The position numbers and the translations under genes are program-made. Source: the human T2T-CHM13v2.0 reference genome, Homo sapiens. From it: DNA of 64,000 bases. Each line of letters opens with the position of its first letter. The stretch's first letter is position 1. The stretch is from NCBI RefSeq assembly GCF_009914755.1, contig NC_060940.1. The stretch is one strand, 5' to 3'. Positions 13,701 through 29,096 of this stretch are shown here, piece after piece. The notes below the pieces were generated by a model that saw nothing but the letters and a program-made list of their open reading frames with translations, was not told where the DNA came from and searched no databases.

Positions 13701-16700
13701 GAAGATGATTACATTCGATTCCATTCTATGATACCATTCGATTCCATTCAATGATGACTCCACTCAAATCCATTGGATGATTCCATTCGTGTCCATTCGG
13801 TGATTTCATTAGATTCCATTCGAGGATGATTCCATTCGATTCCATTCGATGATTGCATTCAATTCCATTCGATGATGATTCCATTCCAGTCCATATGATC
13901 ATTCCATTTGATTTCATTCGATGATGATTCCATTCGATTCCATTCGATGATTCCATTCTATTCCATTCGATGATGATTCCATTCGAGTCCATTCGATGAT
14001 TCCATTCGAGTCCATTTAATGATTCCATTGGGTTCAATTCAATGATGATTACATTGGATTCCGTTCTATGATTCCATTCAATTCCGTTCATTGACAATTT
14101 GATTCCATTCGATGATGATTCCATTTGAGTTCATTCGATGATTCTATTTGATTCTCTTCGATGGTGATTCAATTCTATTGTATTGGATGATTCCATTCGA
14201 TTCCATTTGATGTTGATTCAATTCGATTCTATTCGATGATGATTCCATTGGATATCACTTGATGATTCTATTCGATTCCATTCAATGATGATTCACTTCT
14301 CGTCCATTGGATGATTCCATTTCATTCCATTCGATGATGATTCCATTCGATTCCATTCGATGATTCCATTTGATTCCATGCGTCGGTGAGCAATTCGATT
14401 CAATTCCATGATGATTCTATTTGATTCAATTAGATGATGTTTCCATTCGAATCCATTCCATGATTATTCCATTGGAATCCATTCGGCGATGATTCCATAT
14501 GAGTCAATTCAATGATGATTCCATATGGGTCCGTTCGATGATAATTCCATTTGATTTCATTCGGTGCTTCTATTCAATTCCAGTCGATGATGATTCCGTT
14601 GGAGTCCATACGATGATTCCATTTGATTTCATTTGATGATGATTCCATTCGATGATGATTACATTGGATTCCATTCTATGATTCCATTCAATTCCATTCG
14701 TTGATGATTCGATTCCATTCAATGATGATTCCATTTGAGTTCATTCGATGATTCTATTCGATTCCGTTCGATGGTGATTCAATTCTCTTATATTGGATGA
14801 ATCCACTCGATTCCATTTGATGATTATTCCATTGGAGTCCACTTAGTGAATCCTTTAGATTATACTCGAAGATGATTCCATTCGAGTCCATTCGATGATA
14901 CCATTCAATTCCATTCGTTGATGCTTCCATTCAAGTGCATTCGATGATATCATTCGATTCCATTTGATGATAATTCCATTTGATTCCATGCGATGATTCT
15001 ATTCGATTCCATTCAATGATAATTCCATTCAGTTCAGTGATTCCTCTGGACTCCATTTGATGATGATTCCATACAATGATTCCATTCGATTCTATTCGAA
15101 AATGATTCCATTTGAATCCATTTGATGATGATTCCATTAGATTCCATTTGATGTTTCCATTCGATTCCATGCGACGATGATTCCATTCGATTCCATTTGA
15201 TGATTTCATTCTATTCTATTCGATGATGATTCCATTGGATTCCATTCGATGATGATTGGATTCGATTCCATTTGATGATTTCATTTGATTCCATTCGTTA
15301 ATGATTTCGATCAATTCCATTCGATGATTCCATTCGATTCCATTCGATAATGATTACATCCGTGTCCATTCAATGATTCCATTTGAGCCTGTTCGATAAT
15401 TCCATTTGAGTCCAACCAATGATTCCATTCATTTCCATTCAATGATTCCATTCGAGTCCATTTGATCATTCCGGTAGGGTCCATTCGATGTTGATTCCAT
15501 TGGAGTGCATTCGATGATTCCATTCGAGTCCATTTTATGATTTGATTCGAGTCCTTTCGATGATTCCATTCGATTCCACTCGATGATGATTTCATTCGAG
15601 TCCATTCGACACTTCCAATCGATTCCATTTGATGTTTCCATTCGAGTCCAATTGATGATTCCATTCAATTCCATTCGATGATGATTCCGTACGATTCCAT
15701 TCTGTGATGATTCCATGTGATTGCATTCAATGATGATTCCTTTAGATTGCATTCGATTGTGATTCATTTCGTCTTCATTCTATGGTTCCACAGGTTTCCA
15801 TTCGTGTCCATTCCATTATTCCATTCTATTCCATTTGATGATGATTCCATTCGATTCCATTCATTGGTGATTCCACTCAATTCCATTCAATGATTCCATT
15901 CCATTTCTTTCAACAATGATTCCATTAGCTTCTAATCGATGATCCACTTGATTCCATTTGACGACGATTCCATTCTTGTCCATTCGATGATTCCATTTGA
16001 TTCCATATGATGATGATTCCATTCGATTCCATACGATGATGATTCCATTCGAGTCCATTCAATGGTGATTCCATTCAATTCCATTCGATGATTCCTTTCG
16101 ATTCCATTCGATGATGATGGCATTCGATTGCTTTCAATCATTCCCTTTGATTCCATTCAAAGGTGATTTCATTCAAGTCCATTCGATAATTGCATTCGAT
16201 TCCATTCTATGATGATTCCATTCGAGTCCATTTGATGATTCCATTCAATTCAAGTCAATGATGATTCCATTCGATTCCATTCGATGATTCCATTGGATTC
16301 CATTCGATGATGATTCCATTCAAATCCATTCGATAATTCAATTCAAGTCCATTCGATGATGATTAAAATCGAATCCATTCAAAGATTCCATTCAGTTCCA
16401 TTCGATGATTCCCTTAGATTCCATTCGATGATTCCACTTGATTCCATTTACGATGATTCCATTCGATTCCATGTGATGATTCCATTCAATTCTATTCAAT
16501 GCTGTTTCCATTTGATTCCATTCGACCATGATTGCCTTTGATTCCATTCAATGACTCCATTCGGTTCCTTTTGATGATGATTCCGTTCGATTCCATTTCA
16601 TTATTCCATTTGATTCCATTGGATGAGTCCATTCGATTACATTCGATGATTATTCCATTCGAGTGCATTAGATGATTCCATTCGAGTCCATTCGATGATT

Positions 16701-19700
16701 CCATTCGATTCCATTCGATGTTGATTCTGTTCAAATCCATTCGATGATTCCACTCGATTCCATTCGATGACTCCAGTTGATCCCATTCGATGATTTCCTT
16801 TGATTCCCTTTGATGATCATTCCATTTGATTCAATTCGGTGATTTCATTTGATTCCATTCAGTGATGTTTCCATTCGACTCCATTCGATGATGATTCCAT
16901 TCGACTCCATTCGATTATGATTTCATTCAATTCCATTCGATAATGATTCCCTTCGAGTCCATTCGATGATTCCATTCGATTCCATTCAACAATGATTTGA
17001 TTCGTGTCCATTCGATGATTCCATTTGATTCCATTTGATGAGGATTCCATTCGAGTCCATTTGATGATTCCATTCAATTCCATTCTCCGATGATTTCTTT
17101 TGAGCCCATTCAATGCTTCCACTCGATTCCATATGATGATGACTCCATTCGATGAAATTCGATGATGATTCCATTCGCTTGCATTCGATGATGATTCCAC
17201 TTGAGTCCATTAGAAGATTCTATTCAATTACATTCCATGACGATTCCGTTCGAGTCCATTTGATGATTCCATTAGACTCCATTCGACGATGATTCCATTC
17301 GATGTTATTCGATGATTCCATTCGATCTCATTCGATGATGATTCCATTCAACTCCATTCGATGTTTCCATTCGAGTTCATTCTATTATTCCATTAGATTC
17401 CATTCGATGATGATTCCATTCGATTCCATTTGATGATTGCATTCTATTTCATTTGATGATGATTCCATTCGAGTCCACTCGATGATTCCATTCGAGTCCA
17501 TTTAATGAATCCATTGGTTTCAATTCTATGATGATTACATTGGATTCCATTCGTTGATGATTTCATTCGGTTCCATTCAATGATGATTCCATTCAATTCC
17601 TTTCAATGTTTCCATTCAATTCCATACGATGATGATTCCATTTGATTTGATTCGACAGTGAGCCATTCGATTCAATTCCATGATGATTCTATTTGATTCC
17701 ATTGGTTGACATTTCCATTCGATTCCATTCGATGATGATTCCCTTTGATTCCATTCGAAGATGATTCCATTCTAGCCCATTCAATCATTCCATTCGATTC
17801 TATTCAATGATGATTCCATTCATGTCGATTTGGTGATTCCATTTGACTTCATTTGATGATGATTCCTTTCAAGTTCATTAGATGATTCCATTCGATTCCA
17901 TTTGATGATGATCCCATTCGAGTCCATTCAGTGATTCCACTCGTTTCCATTCCATGATGATTCCATTCCATTCCATTCAATGATTCCATTCGATTCCGTT
18001 TGATGATGATTTCATTCGAGTCCATTTGATGATTCCATTTGATTCCATTCGATGATGATTCCATTCGAGTCCATTCGATGATTCTATTCGAATCCATTTG
18101 ATGATTTCTTTTGATTATAGTTGGTGATGATTCCATTGGAGTCCATTCAATGATTCCATTCGATTCCAATCGATGGTGATTCCATTAGAGTCCATTTAAC
18201 GATTCCATTTGATTCCAGTCTCTGATGATTACATTCGAGTCCATACGATGATTCCACTCAATTCCATATGATGATGATTCCATTCGATTCCATTCGATGA
18301 TTCCATTCTATTCTACTCAATGGTGATTCCATTCGAGTACATTAGATGATTCCATTCGATTCCATTCAATGATGATTCTATTTGTGTCCCTTAGATGATT
18401 CCACATGATTCCATTAGATGATGATACTATTTGAGCCCATCCAATGATTCCCTTCGATTCCATTCGATGAGGATTCCATTCGATTCAATTCATTGGTGAT
18501 TCTATTCAATTCAATTCTTTGATTCCATTCCATTCCATTCGACAATGATTCCATTCGATTTCTTTCGATGATTCCACTCGATTCCACTTGACATTGATTC
18601 CCTTCGATTCCATTCAATGATTCCATTTGATTCCAGTGGATGATGATTGCCATCGATTCCATTCGATCACTCCATTATATTCCATTTGATGATGATTACA
18701 TTCGATTCCATTTGACGATTCCATCTGATTCTATTCGAGGATTCCATTTGATTCCATTCGATGATGATTCCATTCGAGTCCATTCGATGATTCCATTCGA
18801 GTACATCCAATGATTCCATTCGAGTCCATTTGATGATTCCATTTGATTCCATTTGATAATGATTCTACTAGAGTCCATTCAATGACTCCATTGGAGTCCA
18901 TTCAACAATTCCATTCGACTCCATTTGATGATTCCATTCGATTCCATTTGATGATTCCATTCGAGTCCATTTAATCATTACAGTCGAGTCCATTTGGTGA
19001 TTCCACCGGATTTCTTTTGATATTGATACCATTCAATTACATTTGATGATGATCCCATTCAATTTCATTTGATGGTGATTCCATTAGAGTCCATTCGATG
19101 ATTTCATTCGAGTCCCTTCATTGATTCCATCCGATTTCATTGGATGATGACTCCATTCGAGTCCATTCGATGATTCCACTCGATTCCATTAGATGATTCC
19201 ATTGGAGTCCATTTGATTGTTCCATTCGATTCCATTCGATTCCTTTCGAAGATTATTCCATTTGAGTCCATTCGATGATGATTCCATTCCATTCCATTCG
19301 ATGATTCCGTTTGATTCCATTCGATGATTCCCTTCGATTCCTTTCTTTGATGATTCCATTCCATTCCATTCAATGATTCCATTCGAATCTATTCCATGAT
19401 GATTCCTTTCGATTCCATTCGCTGATGTTTCCTTTCAATTCCATTCGATGATGATTCCATTCGATTCCATTCATTGAGGATTCCATTTGATTCCATTCAA
19501 TGATGATTCCGTTCTATTCCATTCAATGATTGCATTCAATTCCATTCAATGATTATCCCCTTAGAGTAAACTCAACGATTCCATTCAATACCATTCGATG
19601 ATGATTCCTTTTGAGTCCATTCAATGATTTCATTCAAGTCCATTTGATGATTCCTTTCAATTCCATTCTATGATGATTCCATTCGAGTCCATTCGATGAT

Positions 19701-21762
19701 TCCATTCAATTGCATTCGATGATTCCATTATATTCCAGTCAACGATGATTCCATTCGAGTCCATTCGATGATTCCATTAGAGTACATTTAATGATTGCTT
19801 TGTTTTCAATTCGAAGATGATTACATTGGATTCCATTCTATGATACCATTCGATTCCATTCAATGATGATTCCACTCAAATCCATTGGATGATTCCATTC
19901 GTGTCCATTCGGTGATTTCATTAGATTCCATTCGAGGATGATTCCATTCGATTCCATTCGATGATTCCATTCAATTCCATTCGATGATGATTCCATTCCA
20001 GTCCATATGATCATTCCATTTGATTTCATTCGATGATGATTCCATTCGATTCCATTCGATGATTCCATTCTATTCCATTCGATGATGATTCCATTCGAGT
20101 CCATTCGATGATTCCATTCGAGTCCATTTAATGATTCCATTGGGTTCAATTCAATGATGATTACATTGGATTCCGTTCTATGATTCCATTCAATTCCGTT
20201 CATTGACAATTTGATTCCATTCGATGATGATTCCATTTGAGTTCATTCGATGATTCTATTCGATTCTCTTCGATGGTGATTCAATTCTATTATATTGGAT
20301 GATTCCATTCGATTCCATTTGATGTTGATTCAATTCGATTCTATTCGATGATGATTCCATTGGATTTCACTTGATGATTCTATTCGATTCCATTCAATGA
20401 TGATTCACTTCTCGTCCATTGGATGATTCCATTTCATTCCATTCGATGATGATTCCATTCGATTCCATTCGATGATTCCATTTGATTCCATGCGACGGTG
20501 AGCAATTCGATTCAATTCCATGATGATTCTATTTGATTCAATTAGATGATGTTTCCATTCGAATCCATTCCATGATTATTCCATTGGAATCCATTTGGCG
20601 ATGATTCCATATGAGTCAATTCAATGATGATTCCATATGGGTCCGTTCGATGATAATTCCATTTGATTTCATTCAATGCTTCTATTCAATTCCAGTCGAT
20701 GATGATTCCGTTGGAGTCCATACGATGATTCCATTTGATTTCATTTGATGATGATTCCATTCTATGATGATTACATTGGATTCCATTCTATGATTCCATT
20801 CAATTCCATTCGTTGATGATTCGATTCCATTCAATGATGATTCCATTTGAGTTCATTCGATGATTCTATTCGATTCCGTTCGATGGTGATTCAATTCTAT
20901 TATATTGGATGATTCCACTCGATTCCATTTGATGATTATTCCATTGGAGTCCACTTAGTGAATCCTTTAGATTCTACTCGAAGATGATTCCATTCGAGTC
21001 CATTCAATGATACCATTCAATTTCATTCGTTGATGCTTCCATTCAAGTGCATTCGATGATATCATTCGATTCCATTTGATGATAATTCCATTTGATTCCA
21101 TGCGATGATTCTATTCGATTCCATTCAATGATAATTCCATTCAATTCAGTGATTCCTCTGGACTCCATTTGATGATGATTCCATTCAATGATTCCATTCG
21201 ATTCTATTCCAAAATGATTCCATTTGAATCCATTTGATGATGATTCCATTAGATTCCATTTGATGATTCCATTCGATTGCATTTGACGATGATTCCATTC
21301 GATTCCATTTGATGATTCCATTCTATTCTATTCGATGATGATTCCATTCGATTCCATTTGATGATGATTGGATTCGATTCCATTTGATGATTTCATTTGA
21401 TTCCATTCGTTAATGATTTCGATCAACTCCATTCGATGATTCCATTTGATTCCATTCGATAATGATTACATCCGAGTCCATTCGATGATTCCATTTGAGC
21501 CCGTTCGATAATTCCATTTGAGTCCAATCAATGATTCCATTCATTTCCATTCAATGATTCCATTCGAGTCCATTTGATCATTCTGGTAGGGTCCGTTCGA
21601 TGTTGATTCCATTGGAGTGCATTCGATGATTCCATTCGAGTCCATTTTATGATTTGATTCGAGTCCTTTCGATGATTCCATTCGATTCCACTCGATGATG
21701 ATTTCATTCGAGTCCATTCGACACTTCCAATCGATTCCATTTGATGTTTCCATTCGAGTCCA
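3285..21762 (+). repeat. 9,239-bp tandem duplication (junction near 12520)
   Basis: Constant offset of 9,239: 3299/12538, 3786/13025, 7117/16356, 9898/19137, 12289/21528. The junction reads gatgtttccattcgagtcca|ttcgatgattccattcaattcc...ccagtccatatg. Confidence 0.9.
5183..5193 (-). promoter_or_regulatory. DUX4 consensus motif TAATTGAATCA (representative; also at 11295, 14422, 20534, 30494, 36606, 46752, 51706, 55558)
   Basis: Plus-strand tgattcaatta is TAATTGAATCA on minus and fits the DUX4 consensus TAAYBBAATCA. DUX4 binding and activation of HSATII is established. Occupancy of these particular copies is not shown by sequence. Confidence 0.6.
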
Positions 21763-23206
21763 ATTGATGATTCCATTCAATTCCATTCGATGATGATTCC
21801 GTACGATTCCATTCTGTGATGATTCCATGTGATTGCATTCAATGATGATTCCTTTCGATTGCATTCGATTGTGATTCATTTCGTGTTCATTCTATGGTTC
21901 CACAGGTTTCCATTCGATGACGTTTCCGTTCGTGTCCATTCCATTATTCCATTCTATTTCATTTGATGATGATTCCATTCGATTCCATTCATTGGTGATT
22001 CCACTCAATTCCATTCAATGATTCCATTCCATTTCTTTCAACAATGATTCCATTAGTTTCTATTCGATGATCCACTTGATTCCATTTGGCGATGATTCCA
22101 TTCGTGTCCATTCGATGATTCCATTTGATTCCATATGATGATGATTCCATTCGATTCCATACCATGATGATTCCATTCGAGTCCATTCAATGGTGATTCC
22201 ATTCAATTCCATTCGATGATTCCTTCCGATTCCATTCGATGATGATGGCATTCGATTCCTTTCAATCATTCCCTTTGATTCCATTCAAAGGTGATTTCAT
22301 TCAAGTCCATTCGATAATTGCATTCGATTCCATTCTATGATGATTCCATTCGAGTCCATTTGATGATTCCATTCAATTCAAGTCAATGATGATTCCATTC
22401 GATTCCACTCGATGATTCCATTGGATTCCATTCGATGATGATTCCATTCAAATCCATTCGATAATTCAATTCAAGTCCATTCGATGATGATTCCAATCGA
22501 ATCCATTCAAAGATTCCATTCAATTCCATTCGATGATGATTCCCTTAGATTCCATTCGATGATTCCACTTGATTCCATTTACGATGATTCCATTCGATTC
22601 CATGTGATGAATCCATTCAATTCTATTCAATGATGTTTCCATTTGATTCCATTGGACCATGATTGCCTTTGATTCCATTCAATGATTCCATTCGGTTCCA
22701 TTTGATGATGATTCCGTTCGATTCCATTTCATTATTCCATTTGATTCCATTGGATGAGTCCATTCGATTACATTCGATGATTATTCCATTCGAGTGCATT
22801 AGATGATTGCATTCGAGTCCATTCGATGATTCCATTCGATTCCATTCGATGTTGATTCTGTTCAAATCCATTCGATGATTCCACTCGATTCCAATCGATG
22901 ACTCCATTTGATCCCATTCGATGATTTCCTGTGATTCCCTTTGATGATCATTCTATTTGATTCAATTCGGTGATTTCATTTCATTCCATTCAGTGATGTT
23001 TCCATTCGACTGTATTCGATGATGATTCCATTCGACTCCATTCGATTATGATTTCATTCAATTCCATTCAATAATGATTCCCTTCGAGTCCATTCGATGA
23101 TTCCATTCGATTCCATTCAACGATGATTTGATTCGTTTCCATTCGATGATTCCATTTGATTCCACTTGATGATGATTCCATTCGAGTCCATTTGATGATT
23201 CCATTC

Positions 23207-25037
23207 GAGTCTATTTATGTATTATATTCGTGTCCACTTCATGATTCCATTCAATTCCATTTAATGTTGATTCCATTTGATTCCATTTGATGATTCAGTT
23301 CGATTCCTTGCAATGATTCCCTACGATTCCTTTCTCTGATGATTCCATTCGATTCCATTCATTGATGATTTCATTCGACTCCATTCGATGATGATTCCTT
23401 TCGATTCCATTTGACGATGTTTCCATTCGAGTCCATTCGATGATGATTCTATTCAATTCTGTTCTATTATGATTCCATTCGATTTCATTCAATGCTTCTA
23501 TTTGATTCCATTCGATGATGATTCCATCTCTTTCCCTTCGATGATTCCATTTGATTCCATTCAGTGATGATTCCATTTGATTCCATCTGATGATGATTTC
23601 ACTTGATTCCTTTCAATGATGATTCAATTCAAGTCCATTCGATGATTCCATTGGAGTCCAAACGATCATTCCGTTCGATTCCATTCAATGGTGATTCCAT
23701 TCATGTCCATTCGATGAATCCATTCAATTCCATTCGATGATGACTCCATTCGAGTACATTCGATGATTCCATTTGATTCCATTTGAAGATGATTCCATTC
23801 AATTCCATTCGAAGATGATTCCATTCAATTCCATTCGATGATGATTCCGTATGAATCCATTCTCTGATTATTCCATTCGATTCCATTCATTGACGATTCC
23901 ATTCAATTCCATTCAATGATGATTCTCTTCTATTCCATTCGATGATTCCGGTCGATTCCATTCGATGATGATTCCATTAGATTCCATTCGATTGTTGCAT
24001 TCGATTCCCTTCGATGATGATTCCTTTGAATTCCATTCGATTATCATTCCGTATGAATCCATTTGATGATTATTCCATTGGATTCCTTTCGATGATGATT
24101 CCATTTGATTCCATTTGATGATGTTTCTCTTGTATTCCATTGGATAATTCCTTTCAGTTCCCTTCGATGATTATTCTTTCGAGTCAATTCGATGATTCTA
24201 TTCCATTCCCTTCGATGATGATTCCATTTCACTCCACTTGATGATTCCATTCGACTCAATTTGGTGATGATTCAATTCGATGACATTCGATGACTCCATT
24301 CAATTTCATTTGATGATGATTACATTCGAGTCCATTTGATGATTGTATTCCTTTCCTTTTGATGATTATTCCATTCGTGTCTATTCAAAGGTTCCATTCT
24401 ATTCCATTCAATGATGATTGCATTTGATTCCATTCAATGATTATGGCTATCGATTCCACTCGTTGATTCCATTTGATTCCGTTCGATGATTATTCCGTTA
24501 GATTCCATTAGAAGATTCCATTCGATTTTATTCAATGATTCCAATGGATTCCATTCAATGATGATTCCATTCGACTCCATTCAGTGATTCCATTCGAGTC
24601 CATTTGATGATTCCATTCTTTTCCATTTGATGATGATTCCATTAGGGTCCATTCAATGATTCCATTCGAGTCCATTCGTTAATGCCTTTCGAGTCCTTTT
24701 GATCACTACATTCGAGTCCATTCAATGATTCTATTCGATTCCATTCCATGATGATTCCATTCGAGATCATTCGATGATTGCATTCGAGTCCATTTGATGA
24801 TTCCATATGATTCCCTTCGACAATGATTCCATTCGTGTCCATTTGATGATTCCATTCATTTCCTATCGATGAAGATTCCATTGAAGTGTATTCGATGATT
24901 CCATTCAAATCCATTCGATGATGATTCCATTCCAGTCCATTCGATCATTCCACTTGATTCCATTTGATGACTATTCCATTCAAATCCATTTGATGATTCC
25001 ATTCGATTCCATTCGATGTTACCATTCGAGTATATAC
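23207..25037 (+). repeat. 1.83-kb divergent HSat2 block, copy 1
   Basis: Still CATTC/ATG-based, but with words not seen in the 6,112-bp unit (ctatttatgtattatattcg, gattccttgcaatg, ccggtcgattcc, ttatggctatcg, gagtatatacg). The unit sequence resumes at gatgattccactcg (25038). Confidence 0.85.
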
Positions 25038-28000
25038 GATGATTCCACTCGATTCCATTTGATGATTATTCCATTGGAGTCCACTTAGTGAATCCTTTAG
25101 ATTCTACTGGAAGATGATTCCATTCGAGTCCATTCGATGATACCATTCAATTCCATTCGTTGATGCTTCCATTCAAGTGCATTCGATGATATCATTCGAT
25201 TCCATTTGATGATAATTCCATTTGATTCCATGCGATGATTCTATTCGATTCCATTCAATGATAATTCCATTCAATTCAGTGATTCCTCTGGACTCCATTT
25301 GATGATGATTCCATTCAATGATTCCATTCGATTCTATTCGAAAATGATTCCATTTGAATCCATTTGATGATGATTCCATTGGATTCCATTTGATGATTCC
25401 ATTCGATTCCATTCGATGATGATTCCATTCGATTCCTTTTGATGAATCCATTCTATTGTATTCGATGATGATTCCATTCGATTCCATTCGATGATGATTG
25501 GATTCGATTCCATTTGATGATTTCATTTGATTCCATTCGATAATGATTTCGATCAATTCCATTCGATGATTCCATTCGATTCCATTCGATAATGATTACA
25601 TCCGAGTCCATTCGATGATTCCATTTGAGCCCGTTCGATAATTCCATTTGAGTCCAATCAATGATTCCATTCATTTCCATTCAATGATTCCATTCGAGTC
25701 CATTTGATCATTCCGGTAGGGTCCGTTCGATGTTGATTCCATTGGAGTGCATTCGATGATTCCATTCGAGTCCATTTTAGGATTTGATTCGAGTCCTTTC
25801 GATGATTCCATTCGATTCCACTCGATGATTTCATTCGAGTCCATTCGACACTTCCAATCGATTCCATTTGATGTTTCCATTCGAGTCCAATTGATGATTC
25901 CATTCAATTCCATTCGATGATGATTCCGTACGATTCCATTCTGTGATGATTCCATGTGATTGCATTCAATGATGATTCCTTTCGATTGCATTCGATTATG
26001 ATTCATTTCGTGTTCATTCTATGGTTCCACAGGTTTCCATTCGATGATGTTTCCATTCGTGTCCATTCCATTATTCCATTCTATTCCATTTGAAGATGAT
26101 TCCATTCGATTCCATTCATTGGTGATTCCACTCAATTCCATTCAATGATTCCATTCCATTTCTTTCAACAATGATTCCATTAGTTTCTATTCGATGATCC
26201 ACTTGATTCCATTTGACGATGATTCCATTCGTGTCCATTCGATGATTCCATTTGATTCCATATGATGATGATTCCATTCGATTCCATACGATGATGATTC
26301 CATTCGAGTCCATTCAATGGTGATTCCATTCAATTCCATTCGATGATTCCTTTCGATTCCATTCAATGATGATGGCATTCGATTCCTTTCGATCATTCCC
26401 TTTGATTCCATTCAAAGGTGATTTCATTCAAGTCCATTCGATAATTGCATTCGATTCCATTCTATGATGATTCCATTCGAGTCCATTTGATGATTCCATT
26501 CAATTCAAGTCAATGATGATTCCATTCGATTCCACTTGATGATTCCATTGGATTCCATTCGATGATGATTCCATTCAAATCCATTCGATAATTCAATTCA
26601 AGTCCATTCGATGATGATTCCAATCGAATCCATTCAAAGATTCCACTCAATTCCATTCGATGGTGATTCCCTTAGATTCCATTCGATGATTCCACTTGAT
26701 TCCATTTACGATGATTCCATTCGATTCCATGTGATGATTCCATTCAATTCTATTCAATGATGTTTCCACTTGATTCCATTCGAACATGATTGCCTTTGAT
26801 TCCATTCAATGATTCCATACGGTTCCATTTGATGATGATTCCATTCGAGTGCATTAGATGATTCCATTCGAGTCCATTCGATGATTCCATTCGATTCCAT
26901 TCGATGTTGATTCTGTTCAAATCCATTCGATGATTCCACTCGATTCCATTCGATGACTCCATTTGATCCCATTCGATGATTTCCTTTGATTCCCTTTGAT
27001 GATCATTCCATTTGATTCAATTCGGTGATTTCATTTGATTCCATTCAGTGATGTTTCCATTCAACTCCTTTCGATGATGATTCCATTCGACTCCATTCGA
27101 TTATTATTTCATTCAATTCCATTCGATAATGATTCCCTTCAAGTCCATTCGATGATTCCATTCGATTCCATTCAACGATGATTTGATTCGTGTCCATTCG
27201 ATGATTCCATTTGATTCCATTTGATGATGATTCCATTCGAGTCCCTTTGATGATTCCATTCAATTCCATTCTCCGATGATTTCTTTTGAGCCCATTCAAT
27301 GCTTCCACTCGATTCCATATGATGATGACTCCATTTGATGAAATTCCATGATGATTCCATTCGCTTGCATTCGATGATGATTCCACTTGAGTCCGTTAGA
27401 AGATTCTATTCAATTACATTCCATGACGATTCTGTTCGAGTCCATTTGATGATTCCATTAGACTCCATTCGACGATGATTCCATTCGATGTTATTCGATG
27501 ATGATTCTTTTCAACTCCATTCGATGTTTCCATTCGAGTTCATTCTATTATTCCATTAGATTCCATTCGATGATGATTCCATTCGATTCCATTTGATGAT
27601 TGCATTCTATTTCATTTGATGATGATTCCATTCGAGTCCATTCGATGATTCCATTCGAGTCCATTTAATGAATCCATTGGTTTCAATTCTATGATGATTA
27701 CATTGGATTCCATTCGTTGATGATTTCATTCGATTCCATTCAATGATGATTCCATTCAATTCCATTCAATGATTCCATTCAATTCCATACGATGATGATT
27801 CCATTTGATTTGATTCGACAGTGAGCCATTTGATTCAATTCCATGATGATTCTATTTGATTCAATTGGTTGACATTTCCATTCGATTCCATTCGATGATG
27901 ATTCCATTTGATTCCATTCAAAGATGATTCCATTCTAGCCCATTCAATCATTCCATTTGATTCTATTCAATGATGATTCCATTCATGTCGATTTGGTGAT

Positions 28001-29096
28001 TCCATTTGACTTCATTTGATGATGATTCCTTTCAAGTTCATTAGATGATTCCATTCGATTCCATTTGATGATGATCCCATTCGAGTCCATTCAGTGATTC
28101 CACTCGTTTCCATTCCATGATGATTCCATTCCATTCCATTCAATGATTCCATTCGATTCCGTTTGATGATGATTTCATTCGAGTCCATTTGATGATTCCA
28201 TTTGATTCCATTCGATGATGATTACATTCGAGTCCATAAGATGATTCCACTCAATTCCATATGATGATGATTCCATTTGATTCTATTCAATGGTGATTCC
28301 ATTCGAGTACATTAGATGATTCCATTCGATTCCATTCAATGATGATTCTATTTGTGTCCCTTAGATGGTTCCACATGATTCCATTTCATGATGATACTAT
28401 TTGAGCCCATCCAATGATTCCCTTCGATTCCATTCGATGAGGATTCCATTCGATTCAATTCATTGGTGATTCTATTCAATTCAATTCTTTGATTCCATTC
28501 CATTCCATTCGACAATGATTCCATTCGATTTCTTTCGATGATTCCACTCGATTCCACTTGACATTGATTCCATTCGATTCCATTCAATGATTCCGTTTGA
28601 TTCCAGTGGATGATGATTGCCATCGATTCCATTCGATCACTCCATTCTATTCCATTTGATGATGATTACATTCGATTCCATTTGATGATTCCATCTGATT
28701 CTATTCGAGGATTCCATTTGATTCCATTCGATGATGATTCCATTCGAGTGCATTCGATGATTTCATTCGAGTACATCCAATGATTCCATTCGAGTCCATT
28801 TGATGATTCCATTTAATTCCATTTGATTATGATTCTACTAGAGTCCATTCAATGACTCCATTCGAATCCATTCAACAATTCCATTCGAGGCCATTCGATG
28901 ATTCCATTTCATGATTCCATTCGAGTCCATTTAATCATTACAGTCGAGTCCATTTGGTGATTCCACTGGATTTCTTTTGATAATGATACCATTCAATTAC
29001 ATTTGATGATGATCCCATTCAATTTCATTTGATGGTGATTCCATTAGAGTCCATTCGATGATTTCATTCGAGTCCCTTCATTGATTCCATCCGATT

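Larger units (their letters stand above)
1..26632 (+). repeat. Expanded higher-order repeat copy (16,072 + 1,321 + 9,239 = 26,632 bp)
   Basis: Offset to the next copy is 26,632 at 118/26750 and 2465/29097, 25,311 at 5692/31003, and 16,072 at 14931/31003. The two steps equal the two duplications. Confidence 0.88.

Noticed and set aside
23207-25037. Transposon (Alu/L1/LTR) or unique-sequence insertion
   Set aside because: The block keeps CATTC/ATG periodicity throughout, has no poly-A tail, target-site duplication or terminal repeats, and replaces rather than interrupts unit sequence.
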